From NCBI GenBank assembly GCA_002269645.1, contig NIVC01000856.1:248001-312000 (forward strand): a stretch of DNA of 64,000 nt, given 5' to 3'. Below are positions 36,765-47,800 of this stretch, one piece after another. Position numbers and translations under genes: made by a program. Position 1 is the stretch's first letter; the number at the start of each line of letters is the position of its first letter. The DNA comes from Macrostomum lignano (Eukaryota). The notes under the pieces are model-generated. The model saw nothing but the letters and a program-made list of their open reading frames with translations, searched no databases and was not told the origin of the DNA.

Positions 36765-39700
36765 ACATGAGATTGGCGCTTGAGTCTCACTATGAGATTG
36801 ACGCTTGAGTCTTACTATGAATGAGATTGACGCTTGAGTCTCACTATGAGATTGACGCTTGAGTCTCACTATGAGATTGACGCTTGAGTCTCACTATGAA
36901 AGAGATTGACGCTTGAGTCTCATTATGAGACTGGCTCTTGAGTTTCACTATGAATGAGATTGACGCTTGAGTCTCACTATGAAATTGACGCTTGAGTCTC
37001 ACTATGAGATTGGCCTTTGAGTCTCATTATGAGATTGGCCTTTGAGTCTCATTATGAGATTGGCCTTTGAGTCTCATTATGAGATTGGCGCTTGAGTCTC
37101 ACTATGAGATTGACGCTTGAGTCTCACTATGAAAGAGATTGATGCTTGAGTCTCACTATGAGATCGGCTCTTGAGTCTCACTATGAGATTGGCCTTTGAG
37201 TCTCACTATGAAAGAGATTGATGCTTGAGTCTCACTATGAGATTGTCCTTTGAGTCTCACTATGAAAGAGATTGATGCTTGAGTCTCACTATGAGATTTA
37301 CGTTTGAGTCTCACTATGAGATTGACGCTTGAGTCTCACTTTGAGATTGACGCTTGAGTCTCACTATGAAAGAGATTGATGCTTGAGTCTCACTATGAGA
37401 TTGACGCTTGAGTCTCACTATGAGATTGACGCTTGAGTCTCACTATGAAAGAGATTGACGCTTGAGTCTCACTATGAAAGAGATTGATGCTTGAGTCTCA
37501 CTATGAGATCGGCTCTTGAGTCTCACTATGAGATTGGCCTTTGAGTCTCACTATGAAAGAGATTGATGCTTGAGTCTCACTATGAGATTGGCCTTTGAGT
37601 CTCACTATGAAAGAGATTGATGCTTGAGTCTCACTATGAGATTGACGCTTGAGTCTCACTATGAGATTGACGCTTGAGTCTCACTATGAAAGAGATTGAC
37701 GCTTGAGTCTCACTATGAAAGAGATTGATGCTTGAGTCTCACTATGAGATCGGCTCTTGAGTCTCACTATGAGATTGGCCTTTGAGTCTCACTATGAGAT
37801 TGATGCTTGAGTCTCACTATGAGATCGGCTCTTGAGTCTCACTATGAGATTGGCCTTTGAGTCTCACTATGAAAGAGATTGATGCTTGAGTCTCACTATG
37901 AGATTGTCCTTTGAGTCTCACTATGAAAGAGATTGAAGCTTGAGTCTCACTATGAGATTTACGTTTGAGTCTCACTATGAGATTGACGCTTGAGTCTCAC
38001 TATGAAAGAGATTGATGCTTGAGTCTCACTATGAGATTTACGTTTGAGTCTCACTATGAGATTGACGCTTGAGTCTCACTATGAAAGAGATTGATGCTTG
38101 AGTCTCACTATGAGATCGGCTCTTGAGTCTCACTATGAGATTGGTGATTGAGTCTCACTATGAGATTGACGCTTGAGTCTCACTATGAAAGAGATTGATG
38201 CTTGAGTCTCACTATGAGATCGGCTCTTGAGTCTCACTATGAGATTGGCCTTTGAGTCTCACTATGAAAGAGATTGATGCTTGAGTCTCACTATGAGATT
38301 GGCCTTTGAGTCTCACTATGAAAGAGATTGATGCTTGAGTCTCACTATGAGATTGGCCTTTGAGTCTCACTATGAAAGAGATTGATGCTTGAGTCTCACT
38401 ATGAGATTGGCCTTTGAGTCTCACTATGAAAGAGATTGATGCTTGAGTCTCACTATGAGATTGACGCTTGAGTCTCACTATGAAAGAGATTGATGCTTGA
38501 GTCTCACTATGAGATCGGCTCTTGAGTCTCACTATGAGATTGGCCTTTGAGTCTCACTATGAAAGAGATTGATGCTTGAGTCTCACTATGAGATTGTCCT
38601 TTGAGTCTCACTATGAAAGAGATTGATGCTTGAGTCTCACTATGAGATTTACGTTTGAGTCTCACTATGAGATTGACGCTTGAGTCTCACTTTGAGATTG
38701 ACGCTTGAGTCTCACTATGAAAGAGATTGATGCTTGAGTCTCACTATGAGATTGACGCTTGAGTCTCACTATGAGATTGACGCTTGAGTCTCACTATGAA
38801 AGAGATTGATGCTTGAGTCTCACTATGAGATCGGCTCTTGAGTCTCACTATGAGATTGGCCTTTGAGTCTCACTATGAAAGAGATTGATGCTTGAGTCTC
38901 ACTATGAGATTGTCCTTTGAGTCTCACTATGAAAGAGATTGAAGCTTGAGTCTCACTATGAGATTTACGTTTGAGTCTCACTATGAGATTGACGCTTGAG
39001 TCTCACTATGAAAGAGATTGATGCTTGAGTCTCACTATGAGATTTACGTTTGAGTCTCACTATGAGATTGACGCTTGAGTCTCACTATGAAAGAGATTGA
39101 TGCTTGAGTCTCACTATGAGATCGGCTCTTGAGTCTCACTATGAGATTGGTTTGAGTCTCACTATGAAAGAGATTGATGCTTGAGTCTCACTATGAGATC
39201 GGCTCTTGAGTCTCACTATGAGATTGGCCTTTGAGTCTCACTATGAGATTGACGCTTGAGTCTCACTATGAGATTGGCTTGAGTCTCACTATGAGATTGA
39301 CGCTTGAGTCTCACTATGAGATTGGCCTTTGAGTCTCACTATGAAAGAGATTGATGCTTGAGTCTCACTATGAGATTGGCCTTTGAGTCTCACTATGAAA
39401 GAGATTGATGCTTGAGTCTCACTATGAGATTGAGCCTTTGAGTCTCACTATGAAAGAGATTGATGCTTGAGTCTCACTATGAGATTGGCCTTTGAGTCTC
39501 ACTATGAAAGAGATTGATGCTTGAGTCTCACTATGAGATCGCGAGCTCTCACTATGAGATTGGCCTTTGAGTCTCACTATGAAAGAGATTGATGCTTGAG
39601 TCTCACTATGAGATTGGCCGAGTCTCAACTATGAGATTGACGCTTGAGTCTCACTATGATGGCTCTGAGTCTCACTATGAGATTGTTAGTCTCAGATGAA
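36765..39700. repeat. About 2.9-kb satellite of 25/29-bp units
   Basis: Constant core gagtctcactatga(aaga)gat plus a variable 7-mer (tgacgct, tggcctt, cggctct, tgatgct, ttacgtt, tgtcctt). Confidence 0.95.
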
Positions 39701-40139
39701 AACTCAAAGCTCAGAGACCCCTGCAAAGCTGTTTTAGCCTAACCCAGTCACTTGTTAATTTAATACAGTAATTTAGCCAAGTAGATACCACCTGTTCTCC
39801 CTCATCAATCACAGGAGTTTGGAAATGGGATTTTTATTGAGCTGCCGCCCACTGCCTTCCTCTCCCCCAGTGCCACAGTTACGGCAATCGCAATGGCAAT
39901 GAAGATATGCCAAATATGGGGTGGGTGTTTGTATTGGAATTTTTTGATAGCAAAGAGCAGTTTATATTACAAAAATGGGAGGTAATAAACATAAATTTCC
40001 ACTGGAATATTTTTTAAGTCAGCGGCGGTTTCTCTAATTAAACACCACGGTTGCCGGGTTAGATCTGCATCATCTGCTCCATTCTCCCCCAGCCTCCTCT
40101 GCCTCTCCGCCCTTGCGTGTTAGTAATCCCTTCTCATCT

Positions 40140-40866
40140 GTCTCAGCTTGTTTTCTCTATCTCTCTACCTCCTCTCTCTACCTCTTTACCTCCCTCTCTT
40201 TCACCCCTCTCTACCCTCTCTACCTATCCCTCTCCCCTATCTACCTCCTATCTCTCTCCTATCTCCCTCCTATCCCTCTCCCCTATCTCTCTCCTATCTC
40301 CCTCCTATCTCTCTCCCCTATCTCTCTTCTATCTCTCCCTTATCTTCCTCCTATCTCTCTCCTATCTCCCTCCTATCCCTCTCCCCTATCTCTCTCCTAT
40401 CTCCCTCCTATCTCTCTCTCCTATCTCTCTCCTATCTCCCTCCTATCTCTCTCTCCTATCTCCCTCCTATCTCTCTCCCCTATCTCTCTCCTATCTCTCT
40501 CCTATCTCCCTCCTATCCCTCTCCCCTATCTCTCTCCTATCTCCCTCCTATCTCTCTCCCCTATCTCTCTTCCTTCTCTCCCTTATCTTCCTCCTATCTC
40601 TCTCCTATCTCCCTCCTATCCCTCTCTCCTATCTCTCTCCTATCTCCCTCCTATCCCTCTCCCCTATCTCTCTCCTATCTCCCTCCTATCCCTCTCCCTC
40701 TATCTCTCTATCCTCTCTCCCTCCTATCTTCCTCCTATCTCTCTCCTATCTCCCTCCTATCCCTCTCTCCTATCTCTCTCCTATCTCCCTCCTATCCCTC
40801 TCCCCTATCTCTCTCCTATCTCCCTCCTATCCCTCTCCCCTATCTCTCTCCTATCTCCCTCCTATC
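40140..40866. repeat. CT-rich satellite (ctcctatc / ctcccctatc)
   Basis: Direct inspection; resumes at 43168-43220 after the transposon. Confidence 0.9.
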
Positions 40867-40986
40867 CAGTGCTGCTACAGGCTGCGTTTTTAACGCAGCT
40901 GCGTTTTTTCTTTGAAAAATCTGCGTTCGTGCGTTTTTTTCTGCGTTTTTTTTCATTCTGCGTTTTTACTTGCTAGCTGTTTACAG

Positions 40987-41319
40987 CACCTGGAGCGGCA
41001 GCGGGAGGAGAATGAGGAGAAGCAGAAGAAGTTGGCAAAGGAGAGAGAGTTGGCAGTAGAAATTGCACAGGAAATTAAGAAGGCAACACACTCTGCACAG
41101 TTGCAGGCAAAGGAGGAGAGCATACGGAAGAGGAGACTGGAGGTAGATGCGCAAGCGGACAGAGCTGCCGCAATGCTTGACGAATATCAGCGACAGGTAG
41201 CTGCCCTAGCGATTGAGCGCAAGACACTGGAGAAGGAGACTGAGGGCCTCAAAGAGAAAAAGAGAAAGTTGGAGGAGAAGGCGACCGAGTCTACCATCGC
41301 CAGTTATTTCAAAAAGTGA
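40987..41319 (+). CDS. Coiled-coil exon fragment inside the hAT-type element
   Basis: Acceptor tgtttacag, then an open, highly charged helical frame ending ESTIASYFKK*; no upstream exon inside the element. Confidence 0.5.
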   Translation, partial: HLERQREENEEKQKKLAKERELAVEIAQEIKKATHSAQLQAKEESIRKRRLEVDAQADRAAAMLDEYQRQVAALAIERKTLEKETEGLKEKKRKLEEKATESTIASYFKK

Positions 41320-41376
41320 CGCCGGTAACTTTTGGTAACAATGATTTTTGGGCTTACATAGACATAAATAGATAGG

Positions 41377-41594
41377 CAGTGTTGGGCAAGTTCACGAAAA
41401 AGGAACTTTCGTACAACGAACTTTTGAACTTTATGCAAGGGCATTTCCTACTTGGCCAGTCATGCTCGAGTAACAACCATTTCTTTACCTCATTCTACTG
41501 CCAAACAGTTAAAAATGATCTCATTCTGCTATTCTTTCAATATCATTTTAAAAATGAATTGAACTTTTCCAAAAATGAACTTTGCCAAACACTG
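41377..41594. mobile_element. Nested MITE with CAGTG-type TIRs
   Basis: cagtgttgggcaagttca ... tgaactttgccaaacactg imperfect inverted termini; flanking 8-mers match at only 5/8. Confidence 0.65.
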
Positions 41595-41885
41595 CATATG
41601 GGATACAGGGTTTGCAACAAAGATGCATCCAGGCATGATCTAGGCATCAGTTTTATTTTACATGCATTTTATTACGAACAGCTATGCTCGCAATCTTGCT
41701 CTTTGAGTGACTGAGAGGGTAGAGACAGTGAGAACTGAAAGAGTAACAGATGACATGAATTTTTACATTTATTCTTCAAGTTGTTGCATTGTTGTTGTCG
41801 TGCTGTTTCCATGTATGTTTGCATCGGCCATCGATCGAGATACACATATTGCATGTATACGTACTCACTGTCGCTCTTATATGTA

Positions 41886-42379
41886 TAGGTTGTCCAATGT
41901 CTAGAAAGTTCTATCCATTTTTTTATACAAATGTTCGTTCGACTATTTTTCATGAATAACCTGGTTTCAGTCGGTAATGTATGCGACATCGGTGTCCACG
42001 GTCCACCACCTGTCGCCAGCGGTGTGGTGTGGCAGGGAACCAACGCCGTCCCTGTAGAACTGCTCTGGCCGAGAGTCGAAAAAGTTGCCGATCTCCGAGA
42101 TGAGGGCCAGTTTGTTGTCGAAGCTCTTGCCTTGCAGATGCCGGTCAATGGCGCGGAATAGATAGATAGAGCAAGCAGTGCAAAAGGTGCTCCTTATCAT
42201 GTGCCATTCTTTGCTGGAAAGAAGCAACTTTCAGTTAGATGCAGGTGGTGGTAGAAAGGTGAGTAACATGCATTGCTAATAGGCAAATATGAAAAACAAT
42301 GGATAATAGATAAGAAAGTTTTAGTATAAGGAAGTTAGACCATGTGAAAAAATTGGACAGAACTTTCTGGACAACCCAA
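41886..42379 (-). mobile_element. Internally deleted mariner element nested in the hAT-type element
   Basis: TIR-like ends (t)aggttgtcc..agaaagttc / gaactttctggacaacccaa flanked by TA; minus-strand peptide YLFRAIDRHLQGKSFDNKLALISEIGNFFDSRPEQFYRDGVGSLP resembles the mariner transposase C-terminus. Confidence 0.8.
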
Positions 42380-43934
42380 TAAGTGCAGGATAAGTTGCGT
42401 ATCCTAGTTTGTCTGTTAGCCAATATCCATCGGCCAATTTTTGTGCACTCGCTGGCCGCTGCTGATTAAAGAGGAAAAACATAAATTTTTGCATGTGACC
42501 ATTTATGACATCTGCTGGTTGGCTGGTAGCCGTGTTGATTTTGGAATAAAATGTACTGATGTACTCTCAGCCTTTTTACTATCGTATTGCTCAGCATCGT
42601 CGTGATTTTCTATTATGCATTAGATATAAGAACATGTTTCGTTGCTAATGTATCTTGTTGTTAATCATCCTAGGGCTGCTAGTCACTTGTGTGCATTTAT
42701 ACAGTATAGTTGTATGTCCAGGGCACAGTGCTAGGATGTTTCAGGGCCTAGATCATTTCTCAATTTCCAGCTCTGTATTCTACTAATAGTGCAATGTAAA
42801 TTTGTTCCTCGAACTCCTTGATGTCGTTCATCATTATTTGCTCAACAGACAAGGGTACAGCCTGCAGTTGTGCAACTCGAGAACAGCTTCTTAATACTTG
42901 TATTAGCTACTGACTGGCATCTAACATGTAATGTACTAGCAGTTCGCATCTAAAAATTAAGGACAGCAGGCTTCGGATTTGTTAAGAAAATTGTTGCTTT
43001 ACACGGTGCCGTGTACATATGCAAAAACACAGAGCACACCCACGTAGGCAGGGCAGAGGCATGAATGTACAATAGAGTAGTTCTGAGCTTCATTATAATT
43101 TTTAGTACTGCCTGCGTTTTTTTTATCGGCTGCGTCTATTTTTTTTCAAATGCCTGTAGCAACACTGCTCCTATCCCTCTCCCCTATCCCTCTCCCCTAT
43201 CCCTCTCCCCTATCTTTCTATTGCTGTATCCTAAAAATCATCTCATTTTCAAGTATCATCTTCCCATATTTTAGCCAAGTTATTCGCCTATTTTCCTTTG
43301 ATTTATCCCCTTCTCCTCTTCTCTCATTTTCCCATTAATTACTAAGCGCGCAAGCCTTATTGGGGCCAGTTTTCTATTTAGCCATTCTCAATCAGTTTAT
43401 AACTAATCAGCTTCTGCAAATAGCATTCGCTTACCTGCCCTAACTAGCTGGCAACTCGCCTCCCCAGTCTCCTCATTGGCTCCATTGGCGCACCTGCAGA
43501 GGCCAAGCATGCAGTTGTGTTGCGACTGTGAATTGTTGAGAGAGCCATTATCCAGCATTAACTAACCCCAGCTCCGCTCCCATCTGGACAGAAGCAGCAT
43601 TGGGATAGAGCTAAACAAGTGACTGCCCCAGCCAGCCTCCCTTCCTTCCCCATCAGAGAATTCTCTAAATATCTGCAAATATCGATTCCTCAGTCAACCC
43701 GAGGCCCGATGGTCTGCAACAGAAAAACAACAAAATGGTGTGCGCGCAAGAACTCACACGTACAGCTAGCTCTGCTATTGGCCACAGCGCCTGCCAGCCC
43801 GGGGAGCTCTGCCTGTAGCATCTGGACTGGTTGGGTGGCTAATCTGGTCAGGGTATCGCCCCTTCCATTCACACAGCCTGCTACACTATTCACAAAGCAC
43901 TACTTCCATTCACACAGCCCCTGTACATTCACAC

Positions 43935-44420
43935 AGTCCCGTCTATTCACAATCCCGTATTTTCACAAAAGTCCCTCACATTCACAAAGCGCCCTTTCCA
44001 TTCATACAGTCCCCTACATTCACAAAATCCCCTACATTCACACAGTCCCCTACATTCACACAATCCCCTACATTCACACAACCCCCTACATTCACACAGT
44101 CCCCTACATTCACCCAATCCCCTACATTCACACAATCCCCTACATTCACACAGTCCCCTACATTCACACAGTCCCCTACATTCACACAGTCCCGTATATT
44201 CACACAGTCCCCTACATTCACACAGTCTCCTACATTCACGCAGTCCCCTACATTCACACACATTCACACAGCGCCAGTTCCATTCAAATACTCCCCTACA
44301 TTCACACACCGCTTCTTCCATTCACACCGTCTTCACACAGCACTTCTTACATTCACACAGTTAGAGTCCCCTTACATCCACACACCGCTTCTTCCATTCA
44401 CACAGTTCCCTATATTCACA
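43935..44420. repeat. 18-bp minisatellite
   Basis: Unit cattcacacagtccccta. Confidence 0.9.
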
Positions 44421-44840
44421 CATCGCTCCTTAAATTCAGACAGCGTGCCCCTCAAGTTTGGTTTCTCCCTGTTTCACTCAAAATTAAAACCAACATTTAA
44501 CAAGTATTTTGTCCAAGGTAAAGAATTAAATTCGACTAACTAGTTTATTTCATCACGCAGCTGTTACACAATTGATGCATTGAATTACTTGCGAGATTAT
44601 TATTAATTGTTTTTAATGTCATAGGGCCTCTTTTAGTAAAAAACTGCAGCTCTTAACAACCAGTTTCCAATCCAGCGACGTCTAGTTCTAGAAGTCCATG
44701 CCAAGTAGCAGCCACCCCACCGCCGGGAGTATGTATATTATCCAGGTGATGCAATTCAGCTCAGGAAACGCCTATAGCATCTCGGATTAGTTCTGATTCT
44801 CAATCAATCGGTAAAGAGAGCGACTATCACCATTGACACC

Positions 44841-47800
44841 ATGCGTCAGCTGTGGCCGCTGACTCTCACCGTCTGTCTGCTGGGCGGCGCCTTCGGGCCC
44901 AGCGGATGTGCGGCCGCCTCGGCTGGCACCTACTATTTCCGTGAGCTGGCGGGGGGCTCTGGGCGTCTGGGGGATTGTGGAGGGGTATAGAGAGAGTGGA
45001 GAGGGTTCAGGGGGTCTTGAGAGGGGAACAGAGAGGGTGTCCGAGAGGGGAACAGAGAGGGTGTCCGAGAGGGGAACAGAGAGGGTGTCCGAGAGGGGAA
45101 CAGAGAGGGTGTCCGAGAGGGGAACAGAGAGGTTGTCCGAGAGGGGAACAGAGAGGGTGTCCGAGAGGGGAACAGAGAGGGTGTCCGAGAGGGGAACAGA
45201 GAGGGTCTCCGAGAGGGGAACAGAGAGGGTGTCCGAGAGGGGAACAGAGAGGGTCTCCGAGAGGGGAACAGAGAGGGTGTCCGAGAGGGGAACAGAGAGG
45301 GTGTCCGAGAGGGGAACAGAGAGGGTCTCCGAGAGGGGAACAGAGAGGGTGTCCGAGAGGGGAACAGAGAGGGTGTCCGAGAGGGGAACAGAGAGGATGT
45401 CAGAGAGGGGAACAGAGAGGGTGTCCGAGAGGGGAACTGAGAGGGTGTCCGAGAGGGGAACAGAGAGGGTCTCCGAGAGGGGAACAGAGAGGGTGTCCGA
45501 GAGGGGAACAGAGAGGGTCTCCGAGAGGGGAACAGAGAGGGTGTCCGAGAGGGGAACAGAGAGGGTGTCCGAGAGGGGAACAGAGAGGGTCTCCGAGAGG
45601 GGAACAGAGAGGGTGTCCGAGAGGGGAACAGAGAGGGTGTCCGAGAGGGGAACAGAGCGAGGGTCTCACAGCTGTCTGTTTGTCTCCCAATCCCCAGTCG
45701 GTGTTTACGAAGCGACCACCCGAGACCTGATGGCGGCCGCTGAGAAGGCCATCAGCGACATCAACTCCGCCTCGCCCAGCATCCTGCCGGCTGGTAGCTT
45801 CATCAATCTGACTCTGATGGAGATCGGACCGGAGTCGCTTTTTCAAAGTGGTGAGCTGCTCCTCGAGTTCGAGTGGATTTTAAAAGTTTTGTACTCAAAC
45901 AGAGACAAACAACGAGTAGAGACAAACAATGGATAGAGACACAAACTGCAGCTAGAGACACAAACAGCAGCTAGAGACACAAACAGCAGCTACAGACACA
46001 AACAGCAGCTAGAGACACAAACAGCGGCTAGAGACACAAACAGCGGCTAGAGACACAAACAGCAGCTAGAGACACAAACAGCAGCTGGAGACACAAACAG
46101 CAGCTAGAGACACAAACAGCGGCTAGACACAAACAGCAGCTAGAGACACAAACAGCAGTTAGAGACACAAACAGCAGCTAGAGACACAAACAGCAGCTAG
46201 AGACACAAACAGCAGCTGGAGACACAAACAGCGGCTAGAGACACAAACAGCAGCTAGAGACACAAACAGCAGCTGGAGACACAAACAGCGGCTAGAGACA
46301 CAAACAGCAGCTAGAGACACAAACAGCAGCTAGAGACACAAACAGCGGCTAGAGACACAAACAGCAGCTAGAGACACAAACAGCAGCTGGAGACACAAAC
46401 AGCAGCTAGAGACACAAACAGCAGCTAGAGACACAAACAGCAGCTAGAGACACAAACAGCGGCTAGAGACACAAACAGCGGCTAGAGACACAAACAGCAG
46501 TTAGAGACACAAGCAGTGCAAACCAGTCAGTCACACCTTCCCGCCTCCGCAGTCTGCACGCCGGCCAACGAACACGTGCTTCAGGCCGACGCCATCCTGG
46601 ACTTCACGCCCCGCCCATCCTGCGTCGAGGACCTCGCCCGCCATCTGGACACCCCGGTGAGCGGGTGAGTGAACGCCGCAACGTGTCAGCGCGGACTACA
46701 GCGAGCGTGGCCTCGGCTGCTAAGACAATCCACAGGGTGGAGTCATGGTGCTGTAACAGGTGTCTAACAAGTGTAACAGGTATCTAACAGTACCAGGTTT
46801 TGTGGTATCAAGGATCTAACAGGTATCTAACAAGTGTCATATTACTAATCCTATTTCATAGTGTCTATTACACAAGTGTCATATTACACATAGTGTCTAT
46901 TACAGGTCATATAACCGGTGTCTAGTTCTCATATTACATAATAGCAGGTTTCTAACAGGTATCTACAGGTGTCATAGTCTACATAGCATAGCTACATACA
47001 GGTATCTAACAGGTGTCTAACAGGTGTATAGAAGGTTTCTAACAGGTCTCCAAGAGGTGTCTAACAGGTGTCTAACAAGTATCTAACACAGTGTTGTACT
47101 CTATTCTACCTTGCGCCCTGCGCCCTTGTCAATTTGTAATGTACATCAAACTAATGTACATCCACAATACTCAAGTGCACGTTGCTCTCGGAGCGAACCC
47201 TTAGACTTCAAATATAGAAATCGTATTCAATGCCCAAATAGGGGCTAACTTCTTATTCAGCAAATTCTACTGGCCTCGCGTCGATTACTACATTGGCGTC
47301 GCAAGCAAAGCAATGGCTGTCCAACTGCAACTGCCCCCACCCGAGCCATTTGATGCCAACTGCGAACCTCACACTCTCGCTTCGCGCTGGGAAGACTGGT
47401 CATCGCAATTCTTGTGCTTCATCCAGGCCGCAGGAATCAAGGACCCCATCAGAGGCAAGTTCTACTCTACACTGGCGGCAAAGAGCTGGCCCTGTACAAA
47501 CAGCTGAGCAACATCCGGAGACACCATCGATCACTCAATTCATTTAGCCACTTCCCAGTCGCAATTCGTGTTCTCCAGGTAAATTCCCTGCTGCAGCAGC
47601 CTGAACAGAGCATTGACAAGTTCAGCCGACTGTACAAGGCAGCAGAAAGCTATCGACTTCAGGGATCCGGGTCCCTCATCCGCGATCAGATCCCATCGCC
47701 TCCATCCTGAACCTCTATGAAGCTGCTCCAACCCAATCAAATAGCCAAATATGGAGTCGCATCGCGAAGAGGCTGTCAATCATGTGGGGCGCTCAAGAGG

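Larger units (their letters stand above)
40867..43167. mobile_element. Non-autonomous hAT-type DNA transposon, 2301 bp
   Basis: 16-bp TIRs cagtgctgctacaggc / gcctgtagcaacactg (1 mismatch), perfect 8-bp TSD ctcctatc (40859-40866 and 43168-43175), subterminal tgcgttttt repeats. Confidence 0.85.

Noticed and set aside
36765-39700. CRISPR-like array (constant palindromic repeat with variable spacers)
   Set aside because: Variable parts are only about 7 bp, drawn from a few recurring variants; eukaryotic context and no cas genes.
44908-45936. 342-aa ERGTERVS ORF
   Set aside because: Intron 1 minisatellite; only the flanking exon parts are coding.
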